DNA of 64,000 bases from Thermodesulfobacteriota bacterium (GTDB lineage Bacteria; Desulfobacterota_D; UBA1144; Nemesobacterales; UBA2774): the NCBI GenBank assembly GCA_965223335.1, contig OZ244991.1, forward strand, positions 1,824,001 through 1,888,000. Reading direction: 5' to 3'. The notes under the pieces are model-generated. The model saw nothing but the letters and a program-made list of their open reading frames with translations. It was not told the DNA's origin and ran no database searches. The translations under genes were made by a program, and so were the position numbers. Of this stretch, positions 1-9,441 are shown piece by piece; position 1 is the first letter of the stretch; the number at the start of each line of letters is the position of its first letter.

Positions 1-110
1 GCCTTCGATTTCATGTTTTTCCATAACAGGGGGGATTATAACAGTTCCACCGACTTTGTAAATAACTCGATCTTCTTGAATTAATTGCACTTTTTGTTAA
101 CGTATAAAGT

Positions 111-1007
111 ATGGTCGAATATGTAAATCCTTTCTTTAGACCGCCCAGTGAGGCAAAGAGTTTCATACTCCAAGCCACTGTGGGGTGCTCGCACAATAAC
201 TGCACCTACTGCGCAATGTATAGGAAGGAAGAGCAGAGATTTCGTGTGCGCCCTATGGATGAGATTAAGGCGATCATAGACACTGCGGCGAGCGAGGGTT
301 TGATTACGGACAGGGTTTTTATTGCGGACGGCAACGCCTTGGTCCTCTCGCAGAACAAACTAATCGAAATCATGGATTACTTGCGCAATAAATGCCCCGG
401 TATCGAGAGGATAAGGATGTATGCAAACATCGGCGACATCCTTAGGAAGGGGGCGGAGAACCTAAAGGAGCTAAAACAGCTCGGTTTAGACATGGTGTAC
501 ATAGGGTTTGAGAGCGGGGATGATCTAGTGCTAGAGCGCATTAAGAAAGGTGCGGATTATGAGCAGACCGTACGAGCGTCGGGGTTTTTAAAGGAAGCGG
601 GCATCAAAAACTCGGCCATGGTTCTACTCGGAATGGGAGGGGTGGAAAGATCTGAGCCCCATGCCATTGCCACTGGGAAATTGCTCACGGACTCTGACCC
701 CGAGTATGTGGGGGCGCTTAGCCTTCAGGTTCGCCCGGGGGCACCTTTATACGAAGAGTGGAAAAGCGGGACATTTCGACTACCACACAAGTTTCAACTC
801 ATTCGAGAGCTTGAGCTCATTGTCGAGAACACGGAGCTTACTGACGGCTATTTTTACGCTAATCACATATCGAATTATCTACCTATAAAAGCCAAGTTTC
901 CCGAGGACAAGCAGCAGGTGCTAGAAGAGATCAGAGCAGTGCTGGCCCAAAAAGACGAGTCAATGTTAAGGCCGGATTATTACCGCGATGTAATTAATCA
1001 GTACTAA
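111..1007 (+). CDS. Radical SAM protein (stand-alone, RPPSEA-type)
   Basis: CxxxCxxC motif CSHNNCTYC; N-terminal FRPPSEA; GFESG motif. Confidence 0.85.
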   Translation: MVEYVNPFFRPPSEAKSFILQATVGCSHNNCTYCAMYRKEEQRFRVRPMDEIKAIIDTAASEGLITDRVFIADGNALVLSQNKLIEIMDYLRNKCPGIERIRMYANIGDILRKGAENLKELKQLGLDMVYIGFESGDDLVLERIKKGADYEQTVRASGFLKEAGIKNSAMVLLGMGGVERSEPHAIATGKLLTDSDPEYVGALSLQVRPGAPLYEEWKSGTFRLPHKFQLIRELELIVENTELTDGYFYANHISNYLPIKAKFPEDKQQVLEEIRAVLAQKDESMLRPDYYRDVINQY

Positions 1008-1042
1008 ATACCAATATTACCAATATAACGGAGGGGTATGCT

Positions 1043-1984
1043 ATGGACCGAATTGCGACAATATCACCCGTTTGGGGATGTAGTGTAGAAGACTTGAGGG
1101 CACTTGCAAAAGAGGCCGAATCGGCAGGGTTCGAGGCCATATTATCGCCCGAAGTGCCGCCCTATAGCGCTTTATCGAACGCACAGGTATTTGCAGAGGC
1201 GGCTCCGAATATACGTGTCGGAACATGGATTACTAACATATATATGAAGCAGCCCGTAGTGACTGCTGCGGAATCCCTTACCATACAAGAGGTTAGTCAA
1301 GGTAAAATGATGCTTGGTCTCGGCGTGAGCCATAAGCCCGTAAACGACCGTTATGGCATTGAAATGGGAGATCCCATAGATAGCATGAGGAACTATGTGA
1401 CTGCTGTTAGGTCTTTTGCAGACGGCAGTTCGCCTGCACTTACACTGAAGCGTGAGTTGCCGGGGTTCCCAATATACATAGCTGGTTTAACCCGGGGAGC
1501 ATCTACGCTTGCTGGTGAGGTCGCCGACGGCCTAATGCCCTATATGGCGACACCCGAGTACATGAAAGAGTTAATAGAAAATGTAGCAGAGGGTGCAACT
1601 AAAGTAGGTAGAGACCCGGCCGACATCGATATTACAAGCGGTATACCGTCCTTTGTATCCGATGACCTGGATGCGGCGCGAAAATCTGCTAAAAGAGGGT
1701 TAAGCGGTTATGCGAGGTTCCCGTTTTATCAGAGAATGATTACGAACATTGGGTTTGGTGATGTCGTAGAGAAGATTAAAGGTGGTGAGAATCCTGCAGA
1801 TGTATTCACCGATGAATTGGTTGATGCATTTGCGCTTGTGGGCCCGCCCGAGCGCTGTCGTGAGAGGCTTGAGGTCCATAGGCAGGCAGGGGTTAAGCTG
1901 CCTATCATAGTGCCTGGGCCTGTTGGGAAACAGAGCAACCTGGAGGTTATGAAAACTACTGTCTCTACCTATGGGAACTCGTAG
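1043..1984 (+). CDS. LLM-class flavin/F420-dependent oxidoreductase (Mer-like)
   Basis: AEsaGFeai, LGLGVSH, PIYIAG, AGEVADG, GPPERCRERL motifs of luciferase-like TIM barrels; GGAGG RBS. Confidence 0.8.
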   Translation: MDRIATISPVWGCSVEDLRALAKEAESAGFEAILSPEVPPYSALSNAQVFAEAAPNIRVGTWITNIYMKQPVVTAAESLTIQEVSQGKMMLGLGVSHKPVNDRYGIEMGDPIDSMRNYVTAVRSFADGSSPALTLKRELPGFPIYIAGLTRGASTLAGEVADGLMPYMATPEYMKELIENVAEGATKVGRDPADIDITSGIPSFVSDDLDAARKSAKRGLSGYARFPFYQRMITNIGFGDVVEKIKGGENPADVFTDELVDAFALVGPPERCRERLEVHRQAGVKLPIIVPGPVGKQSNLEVMKTTVSTYGNS

Positions 1985-2221
1985 AGCTACCTAAGTATCC
2001 AAAGGTCTAGTTCACTGTTTTCATCCGTGCTGTTGATGCATACAAATTGGAGAGCTATATTCAATTTGTATGGATTGAATCAATGTTTTTTTCTTAGACT
2101 CTTTCGCGCAAGTTTAAATAAGAAATAATATTGCTTGGTATCTTTTTTTTATTAAGGTACATTAGGTTGGGGGGGCTATAAAGCGGATCTTCAAATTAAT
2201 TAATAAATTGTAGAAGGAGGT

Positions 2222-2980
2222 ATGTTCATTATGAGTAGTATGAGCAAACTGTTTTTATTACTATGTGCCGGGCTCTTTGTAACGGGATTGTCCGGCTGCC
2301 CTCAGCAGCAAGAGCAAGCTGAGGATACGGTTGTCGAAGAAGTACAGGAAGAGATGGTAGATACAGCGGGCGAAGCTGCAGATGAAGCAGCTGACACAGC
2401 CACCGATGCAGCCGATGACGCCATGGACTCTGCCACGGATGCTGCCCAGGATGCAGCTGACTCAGCTACAGACGCCGCAGATGATGCCATGGACTCAGCC
2501 ACGGATGCTGCCCAGGATGCAGCTGACTCAGCTACAGACGCCGCAGATGATGCCATGGACTCAGCCACGGATGCTGCCCAGGATGCAGCTGACTCAGCTA
2601 CAGAAGCTGCCGATGACGCCATGGACTCAGCCACGGATGCTGCCCAGGATGCAGCTGACTCAGCTACAGAAGCTGCGGATGACGCCATGGACTCAGCCAC
2701 GGATGCTGCCCAGGATGCAGCTGACTCAGCTACAGAAGCTGCCGATGACGCCATGGACTCAGCCACGGATGCTGCCCAGGATGCAGCTGACTCAGCTACA
2801 GAAGCTGCGGATGACGCCATGGACTCAGCCACCGATGCTGCCCAGGATGCAGCCGATTCAGCAACAGACGCCGCAGATGATGCAATGGACTCTGCAACAG
2901 ACGCAGCAGATGATGCAATGGACTCAGCCACGGATGCTGCCCAGGATGCTATGGATTCGGCGACAGAACCAGCTCATTGA
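2222..2980 (+). CDS. Acidic Ala/Asp-rich tandem-repeat lipoprotein (LEA-like 11-mers); start may be ATG 2231
   Basis: Hydrophobic signal peptide with lipobox LSGC; AGGAGG RBS at 2215-2220; repeat body. Confidence 0.8.
   Translation: MFIMSSMSKLFLLLCAGLFVTGLSGCPQQQEQAEDTVVEEVQEEMVDTAGEAADEAADTATDAADDAMDSATDAAQDAADSATDAADDAMDSATDAAQDAADSATDAADDAMDSATDAAQDAADSATEAADDAMDSATDAAQDAADSATEAADDAMDSATDAAQDAADSATEAADDAMDSATDAAQDAADSATEAADDAMDSATDAAQDAADSATDAADDAMDSATDAADDAMDSATDAAQDAMDSATEPAH
2405..2965 (+). repeat. Coding tandem repeat: 17 x 33 nt units (7 x 66 nt dimers + 3 monomers)
   Basis: Units (D/E)AADDAMDSAT alternate with DAAQDAADSAT; near-identical at DNA level. Confidence 0.95.
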
Positions 2981-3076
2981 TAGCCGACTAATAGCAATAA
3001 TGTGATAATCAACTTGGTATGTAATTTTGTTGATTAGCTTTACAAACTAGCTTTGACGTAATATTGAAAACTAAGA

Positions 3077-3116
3077 GGTGGGAGACAGAAGCAAAGCTTT
3101 GTCTCCCGCTTTATTT
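3077..3116 (+). terminator. Rho-independent terminator
   Basis: GTGGGAGACA...TGTCTCCCGC stem followed by TTTATTT. Confidence 0.75.
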
Positions 3117-3175
3117 GTTCACGAAGTCCTTCCTATACTTGCTAAAGGCAAGTTCCAAAGATAGATTATCTTAAT

Positions 3176-3406
3176 ATGGCGTCGTTCGAAGACTCTTTGA
3201 CCAAACTAAAAGAAATTATTGAACAATTAGAGACCGGTAACCTCACACTCGAGGAGTCCATAAAACTCTTTGAACAGGGTACAAAGCTCATATCGACCTC
3301 TCACAAAAAACTCTCCGAGATCGAAAAGAAAATACAGATTTTGACTGAAAACAAAGACGGCCAAGATGTGGTCCAAGACTTTGAACCGGAAGATGAGGAC
3401 TCATGA
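3176..3406 (+). CDS. xseB: Exodeoxyribonuclease VII small subunit
   Basis: SFEDSLTKLKEIIEQLETGNLTLEESIKLFEQG signature; precedes ispA. Confidence 0.95.
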   Translation: MASFEDSLTKLKEIIEQLETGNLTLEESIKLFEQGTKLISTSHKKLSEIEKKIQILTENKDGQDVVQDFEPEDEDS

Positions 3407-4299
3407 GTACCGATATCTCTTTGTATCTTGCCTCATTACGTGAAGTTATTGATAAGGAACTGGACGGGATCTTAAGCCGTGCCGACCACCCGGTTATCAA
3501 TATCCAAGAATCTATGCGCTACAGTGTTATGGCAGGGGGCAAGCGGCTAAGGCCCATACTGTGCATCTCTGCGTGTGAGGCGCTCGGTGGGCAGCTCTCA
3601 AAAATTCTACCTATAGCCTGTGCCATAGAGATGGTCCACACCTACTCACTTATCCATGACGATCTGCCCTCCATGGACGATGATTCCCTAAGGAGAGGGC
3701 AGCCTACCAACCATACCGTATACGGTGAGGCCACGGCGATTCTGGCGGGGGATGGGCTGTTGACGGATGCATTTTCATTAATAGCCCAAGAGGGTATAAA
3801 CCGCGGGGTTAGTGACGGGGTAGTGATCAAGGTCATATCCACGCTCGCAGGTGCTATTGGCTCGGGGGGCATGATTAAAGGGCAGGCGCTCGATCTTGCG
3901 ATAGAGGGCAGGGACGACATTGAGCTCGGGGAGCTAGAGCAGATGCATGCACTCAAGACCGGGGCCCTTATTGAGGCATCCGTTGCCATAGGCGGCTATG
4001 TTGCGGGAGGTGGTGATAGGCAAATAGAAAAACTCAAAAACTACGGACGGAGTGTGGGGTTGGCATTTCAAATAATAGACGATGTGATAGACGAGGAAGG
4101 AGGGGCCAGGACCGGGAAACTAAAAGGTGCGGATAAGAGGAAAAACAAAGTTACCTATACTCAACTCATGGGTGTTGAGCAATCCAGGCAGAGTGCTAAA
4201 GCACTTACCGAAAGGGCGATCTCTGAGATCGAGTTCTTAAACAGTTCGGCCCCACGGCTTAGAGAGATAGCTATCTACCTTGGAGACAGGGACCATTAA
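3403..4299 (+). CDS. ispA: Farnesyl/geranylgeranyl diphosphate synthase
   Basis: GGKRLRP, SLIHDDLPSMDDDSLRRG, KTGAL, FQIIDD motifs. Confidence 0.95.
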   Translation: MSTDISLYLASLREVIDKELDGILSRADHPVINIQESMRYSVMAGGKRLRPILCISACEALGGQLSKILPIACAIEMVHTYSLIHDDLPSMDDDSLRRGQPTNHTVYGEATAILAGDGLLTDAFSLIAQEGINRGVSDGVVIKVISTLAGAIGSGGMIKGQALDLAIEGRDDIELGELEQMHALKTGALIEASVAIGGYVAGGGDRQIEKLKNYGRSVGLAFQIIDDVIDEEGGARTGKLKGADKRKNKVTYTQLMGVEQSRQSAKALTERAISEIEFLNSSAPRLREIAIYLGDRDH

Positions 4300-5035
4300 A
4301 AGCGAGAAAAAACGACTAGACCTGACCCTGGTTGAACGTGGGCTTGTTCCCACAAGGAGTAAGGCGAGTGCCCTTATTATGGAGGGCAGGGTTGCGGTTG
4401 ACGGCAACACTGTAGATAAATCAGGTGCACTGGTAAAAGAGAGCTCAGTAATTGAGATCAGTGATGACGAACGCAGGTTTGTAAGCAGGGGCGGGCGGAA
4501 GCTCGAGCATGCACTTGCCGAGTTTGATATCGATACCCAAGACAAAATAGCCATTGACATAGGGGCCTCTACAGGCGGCTTTACCGACTGCCTATTACAA
4601 CGCGGTGCAAAAAAAGTATATGCGGTCGATGTGGGTTATGGTCAGCTTGACTGGACCCTTCGCAACGACGAGCGCGTGGTGGTAATGGAAAAAATAAATG
4701 CGCGGCATTTGGTGTCCGAGGATATTGGCGAGCGGGTTGATATAGTTGTGATCGATGTTTCTTTCATTTCCTTGACCAAGGTTATCCCCCCGGCTGCGGG
4801 AGTGTTAAAAAGGGGCGGGGTATTAGTCGCACTCATAAAACCACAGTTCGAGGTAGGGAAAGCAGAGGTGGGGAAGGGCGGTGTTATAAGGGACGAGAGT
4901 AAACGGCAGCGGGTTGTAGAAGCTATTAGAAGCTATTTAGAGGACATGGAGTTTCAAATCATGGGTGTAGTTGAGTCCCCCATATCGGGGGCTAAGGGCA
5001 ACATCGAATACCTTATAGCGGGGAGGTTGAGTTAG
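4280..5035 (+). CDS. tlyA: TlyA family rRNA 2'-O-methyltransferase
   Basis: KRLD S4 start, FVSRGGRKL, DIGASTGGFTDCLLQRGA, DVSFISL, LIKPQFE. Confidence 0.95.
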   Translation: METGTIKSEKKRLDLTLVERGLVPTRSKASALIMEGRVAVDGNTVDKSGALVKESSVIEISDDERRFVSRGGRKLEHALAEFDIDTQDKIAIDIGASTGGFTDCLLQRGAKKVYAVDVGYGQLDWTLRNDERVVVMEKINARHLVSEDIGERVDIVVIDVSFISLTKVIPPAAGVLKRGGVLVALIKPQFEVGKAEVGKGGVIRDESKRQRVVEAIRSYLEDMEFQIMGVVESPISGAKGNIEYLIAGRLS

Positions 5036-5062
5036 TAAAGTCCCCGGGGCTCTCGAACTTCG

Positions 5063-5704
5063 TTATTTTCCCCAGTCCGCAAGGAACCTCTCTATCCCTA
5101 TATCGGTTAGCGGGTGTTTTACGAGCTGTTTAAATACCTTATAGGGTATGGTTGCTACGTGTGCTCCTATCTTGGCTGCTTCCACGACGTGGAGGGGGTG
5201 GCGCACACTGGCCACAAGCACCTCGGTCTCTATATCATAGTTTTCAAAGATCTGTACGATCTCTGCAACCATGTTCATCCCTTGCTCGGATATATCGTCC
5301 AGTCTGCCAACAAACGGGCTTACATAGGCCGCCCCGGCTTTAGCGGCAAGAAGCGCCTGTGAGGGTGAAAAGATCAGAGTAACGTTTACCTTTATGCCCT
5401 CTTCGGAAACCAGCTTCGTAGCCTTGAGCCCGTCGTCGGTAAGGGGCATTTTGACCACGACGTGAGGGTTGATCTGGGCCAGTTCCCTTGCTTCTTCAAC
5501 CATTCTCTCAATATCGGTGCTAAGCACCTCTGCACTCACAGGGCCTTTCACTATGTTGCATATCTCGTTTATAAGTTCTTTAAAACCCTTTTGTTCCCCT
5601 TCTTTTGACACCAAACTCGGGTTTGTGGTGACTCCGTCGAGCACTCCATAGCTGGCTGCGTCTATTATTTCATCGAGGTTGGCTGTGTCTAAAAAGAATT
5701 TCAT
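5063..5704 (-). CDS. fsa: Transaldolase / fructose-6-phosphate aldolase (short type)
   Basis: [33 protein letters not shown]. Confidence 0.93.
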   Translation of the reverse strand: MKFFLDTANLDEIIDAASYGVLDGVTTNPSLVSKEGEQKGFKELINEICNIVKGPVSAEVLSTDIERMVEEARELAQINPHVVVKMPLTDDGLKATKLVSEEGIKVNVTLIFSPSQALLAAKAGAAYVSPFVGRLDDISEQGMNMVAEIVQIFENYDIETEVLVASVRHPLHVVEAAKIGAHVATIPYKVFKQLVKHPLTDIGIERFLADWGK

Positions 5705-5796
5705 ATCTGTCTCCCGTTAAGCTGAGCTGGCAATATAACATAAATAAGTACTGTAGTGAAATTTGCAGAATCTAAGTGCAACTGAAAAAATATTAT

Positions 5797-5827
5797 TTGA
5801 CAAATTTTATTTGCCGAGCATTATAAT
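5797..5827 (+). promoter_or_regulatory. Putative sigma70 promoter of rpsT
   Basis: TTGACA (5797) and TATAAT (5822), but the 19 nt spacer is long. Confidence 0.5.
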
Positions 5828-5859
5828 AACCTCTATTTTCAATGTTAGGAGATTAGATT

Positions 5860-6135
5860 ATGGCACTTAGGATTAAGTCAGGCAAGAAAAGACACCGCCA
5901 GAGTTTGAAGAGAAGGGCAAGGAATACTCACATCAAATCGGGGCTTAAGACCGAGATAAAGAATTTCATGAGTGCGCTTGAAGCAAAGGACCTGGCAAAA
6001 TCCCAAGAGCTGTTGAAAAAAACCGAATCCGCACTGGATAAAGCTGTAACAAAGGGTGTTATGCATAAAAAAACTGCTTCGCGGATGGTTTCAAGATACT
6101 CCAAAAAGGTACACCTTCTATCTCAAACCTCTTAA
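5860..6135 (+). CDS. rpsT: 30S ribosomal protein S20
   Basis: IKSGKKRHRQSLKRRARN, LDKAVTKGVMHKKTASR. Confidence 0.95.
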   Translation: MALRIKSGKKRHRQSLKRRARNTHIKSGLKTEIKNFMSALEAKDLAKSQELLKKTESALDKAVTKGVMHKKTASRMVSRYSKKVHLLSQTS

Positions 6136-6163
6136 TCTCCACCCCTCCGGTTAACTAGAACAA

Positions 6164-7162
6164 TCAACACAGGTCCATTATCATTTTGGATAGGGTAAGG
6201 TTGGCGGGCAGCCCTGTGGATTTGATCCTGCTGTCGCATCTCTTGAAAATACTTATATACCGACCCAAATCACCAAGTCCAAGGAGCTTAGACTCTTTGC
6301 TCACATAGTAGTACATCCCCGAGCTTATCTTTAGCTCCTTTAGGATCTCATTTTTAGGTGTTTTCTTTGATTCAAGCTCTTTTACTTTCCAAAGCAGCCT
6401 AAAACGCCATGCGATTCTAGAGAGAATAGAGAGCTCATCCTCCCCGCTCGATTCCAGGTCGAGCAGTGCATAGTAGGCGCTTTTTTTGTCCGAGCTTGAG
6501 AGGGCTTTTATCAACTGAAACACGTCTTGTTGCTGGTTGCGGTCGATAAAGTCGTGGATGTCTTGGGCCGTTATGGTTTTTTTGCGGTTACTGTAAAGGG
6601 CAATCTTATTGAGCTCTTTGTTTATGTCATGGAGATTCTCCCCCAGGTAGTCGAGTATAGTCCCTGCCGCATCAGGGGTGATCTGGACCCCTATTTTTTT
6701 TGCCAGTGAGACAATTGAAGCTTCGGTGATTTTGATGCTGAGCGAGAAATCCACTGCAACCAGTGTTTTCGTATTTTTTAATTTTAGCTTCTTTATACTC
6801 TCTGCGATTAGCACAACGCAGGTGAATTCAGAAGGTGCCGACAAGTAGCCTTCCATGGCTTTTCGGTCTGTGTCTGAATACTTATGAAATCCGTTGACAA
6901 CAATCAGTTTTTGCTCGGCCAGCATAGGAACTGTGTTTGCCACGGCGATTACATCTCGGATAGAGTCTGATTTGCCCTCAAAAACATGCAGGTTGAGGTC
7001 GCTCGGCTTACCCAGCAGATGCAGTTTCAGCGCCCCTAGTGCCTTTTCCACCAGATAGTGCTGGTCGCCAGTAAAAAGATAGTTGGTAGACGGTGGATCT
7101 GAGGAGTATGATTTTTCGAAATCTCGGTATGAGATGGTTTTCATAAAATGCTTCGGTCCCAA
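6164..7162 (-). CDS. holA: DNA polymerase III delta subunit (probable start ATG 7144)
   Basis: YLFTGDQHYL, NTVPMLAEQKLIVV, ELNKIALY, VFQLIKA; adjacent to rpsT as is common. Confidence 0.85.
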   Translation of the reverse strand: MGPKHFMKTISYRDFEKSYSSDPPSTNYLFTGDQHYLVEKALGALKLHLLGKPSDLNLHVFEGKSDSIRDVIAVANTVPMLAEQKLIVVNGFHKYSDTDRKAMEGYLSAPSEFTCVVLIAESIKKLKLKNTKTLVAVDFSLSIKITEASIVSLAKKIGVQITPDAAGTILDYLGENLHDINKELNKIALYSNRKKTITAQDIHDFIDRNQQQDVFQLIKALSSSDKKSAYYALLDLESSGEDELSILSRIAWRFRLLWKVKELESKKTPKNEILKELKISSGMYYYVSKESKLLGLGDLGRYISIFKRCDSRIKSTGLPANLTLSKMIMDLC

Positions 7163-7232
7163 GTCCTTATATTAATTAATCGTAGAGCGTTATGAAAGCA
7201 TCAAATGAATAATTTGTTCTGCCTAGGTTATT

Positions 7233-7652
7233 TTACCTGCTACAGATCTCGAGGCTGTTAAAGAAGTAGTTGATCTCGTATGTGGCTGATTCCGGCGAGT
7301 CAGAACCGTGTACGATATTGTGCTCAATGTCGGATGCAAAATCTTTTCTTATTGTGCCTGCATCGGCGTTTGCGGGGTCTGTGGCGCCCATTATTTCTCT
7401 CACACGGGCTATTGCATTATCGCCCTCGAGTACCATTACAACACATGGCCCTGAGGACATAAAATCGGTGAGGCTTGAAAAAAACGGTCTCTCACGATGC
7501 ACCGCATAGAAGCCCTCGGCCTCGGTTTTGCTCATATGAATCATTTTGAGTGCCGCTACCCTGATATCGTTGCTTTCAAACCTTCTAATTACTTCTCCAA
7601 TAACGTTTTTTTCGACTCCGTCCGGTTTTACAATTGATAATGTGAGTTCCAC
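7233..7652 (-). CDS. ndk: Nucleoside diphosphate kinase
   Basis: [28 protein letters not shown]. Confidence 0.97.
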   Translation of the reverse strand: MELTLSIVKPDGVEKNVIGEVIRRFESNDIRVAALKMIHMSKTEAEGFYAVHRERPFFSSLTDFMSSGPCVVMVLEGDNAIARVREIMGATDPANADAGTIRKDFASDIEHNIVHGSDSPESATYEINYFFNSLEICSR

Positions 7653-7708
7653 TTATAAGGCCTCCGTGCAATTATTTGCAGAGTATTGTTCTCTTATTTC
7701 TCGTTTTG

Positions 7709-9130
7709 TCAAATCCCCCTTGCGTCGTCATCACTTAGACGATCGTCGGGTTCCATAGCCTTTAAATAGCCTACGAGAAAAGCGACGTAGAGAGCATTGG
7801 ATGGTATATGCAAGTTAAAATCGGCGAGGCTGTGGATCAAGATTGAGATTATACTGGCCAGTGCCCCCACACCGGTCGCAAACCTGAAATTATCGCCGAC
7901 CGCGTAATAATGGGTGATGTTCGCATAAACCGAGCGCAGGAACAGTGAGAGTGCGCCGATTATTAACGTAAACCCTATTATCCCTGTCTCAACCAATAGC
8001 TGTAGGTAGTCGTTATGAGCGTATACGAACTCGATAGCATTCTCGATGGACCTGTTATATAGGAGGTAAATGTTGCTGAATGTACCAAGTCCGGTACCGA
8101 ACAATGGGTAGTCGGCTACAGCGCTCAACATATCCTTCCAAACGAGTATTCTTGTGGGTGTGTGCTCCGTTAATATTAAGAACCTCTTTAGCAATGGGTG
8201 AAGGCCGATTGCAGTTCCGTACAGTACTGCGATCCCTACTATAAAAAGCAAAAACCAGTAGCGTTTTTTCCTGCTTGTTGATATTGAGGTATAGGTAAGT
8301 GCAAAGAATACCAATCCCATAGTTACGCTGATAAGTCCCATCCTCGATAGCGACATCAAGAGTGCGAGCAGCATCAGGCTTACCAAGAACAGGTATAGGA
8401 TCTGCCTTGAGAACCTGTCGGTGGAGATCATGGTTCTAAACAATGATTTTTCCCGTGTAATGTCAAAGGTTGATAGGGCGAATCCCAATGCCAGGGGGAT
8501 GCTCATTTCCAGAAATCCCGCATAGTGGTTACGGTTGACGAATGTACCGGTAGCCAGGCCCTCCCGGATAATGTTACTTGGGGAAACAGCGCTAACGTAC
8601 TGAAAAATCCCGTAGGCAGACTCAAACAGAGCTACTGCAAACACGGGGATAAGTAGAAGACGGAGGCGGTGTCGGGTTCTAAATACCTTAGAGATCACAT
8701 ACCCGAACACAAAGTAGGCTAGCAGTGTAACGGTCTCGTTCCATGTGGTTTGCGGGTACACACTTATTGTGTAAAGGCTTTGTGAGACCGGGTGGCCAAT
8801 CTGTGACAGGGCTTCTTGACTGGATTGCCACAACTCAAGACTCTGGCCCGATATTATTTTTAGAATAAAAGCGGGTAATGGGATTATCTGGAGTACACAG
8901 ATACCCAGGAAACTCAAAAGTAAGATCTGCACCTTACTTAAACCGGTTTGTTTATTATTACCAGACTCATTTTGGCTAGATATCCCAATCGCATACACAG
9001 CAAGCAGCAGAAATGCCTGAACCTGTAGTAGAATCTTTGCCCAGGGCTCTATACTACCGTAGGGAATAGGGGAGAAGATCAGTAGGGAAAACACAATAAG
9101 ATAGATAATTCTTTCGGATAGAGTGTTCAT
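7709..9130 (-). CDS. O-antigen ligase / Wzy_C family membrane protein (possible O-oligosaccharyltransferase)
   Basis: Many TM segments; GTFVNRNHYAG, SLSRMG, PLFGTGLGTF, AHNDYLQLLVETG, HSLADFNL. Confidence 0.88.
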   Translation of the reverse strand: MNTLSERIIYLIVFSLLIFSPIPYGSIEPWAKILLQVQAFLLLAVYAIGISSQNESGNNKQTGLSKVQILLLSFLGICVLQIIPLPAFILKIISGQSLELWQSSQEALSQIGHPVSQSLYTISVYPQTTWNETVTLLAYFVFGYVISKVFRTRHRLRLLLIPVFAVALFESAYGIFQYVSAVSPSNIIREGLATGTFVNRNHYAGFLEMSIPLALGFALSTFDITREKSLFRTMISTDRFSRQILYLFLVSLMLLALLMSLSRMGLISVTMGLVFFALTYTSISTSRKKRYWFLLFIVGIAVLYGTAIGLHPLLKRFLILTEHTPTRILVWKDMLSAVADYPLFGTGLGTFSNIYLLYNRSIENAIEFVYAHNDYLQLLVETGIIGFTLIIGALSLFLRSVYANITHYYAVGDNFRFATGVGALASIISILIHSLADFNLHIPSNALYVAFLVGYLKAMEPDDRLSDDDARGI

Positions 9131-9276
9131 ATAAAGCGATGATTAATTCGCCGATTTATGAGTCGATAACGCCCTATCTACTGTGTAGATAAAGGCTGTA
9201 AAATTCAATGATAACCGGTCAGCAAAAGCTAAACAATAAGTACAAAATCGAAGTATATTGACCATTTTAGTAATAC

Positions 9277-9305
9277 TTGACAATAAAAGTTATAAGGCTG
9301 ATAAT
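9277..9305 (+). promoter_or_regulatory. Sigma70 promoter of the polysaccharide operon
   Basis: TTGACA (9277-9282) - 17 nt - GATAAT (9300-9305). Confidence 0.7.
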
Positions 9306-9441
9306 TATTTAGACAGTTAGACAAATGAGAGACGGTCTATCTCGCTGTATTTATTAACTTATTTGATACACGTGTTTTATTGTGCATTTGCATGTTAATT
9401 GTTTTTTATTACTGTAGTGAGAAAACTAACTATATGAGAAT

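Noticed and set aside
2405..2965. Regular 33/66-nt repeats resembling a CRISPR array
   Set aside because: No unique spacers, in-frame coding repeat in a lipoprotein, no cas genes
2302..3005. Long alternative-frame ORFs 2302-2931 (-) and 2382-3005 (+)
   Set aside because: Stop-free shadows produced by the tandem repeat; the lipoprotein frame has the RBS and signal peptide
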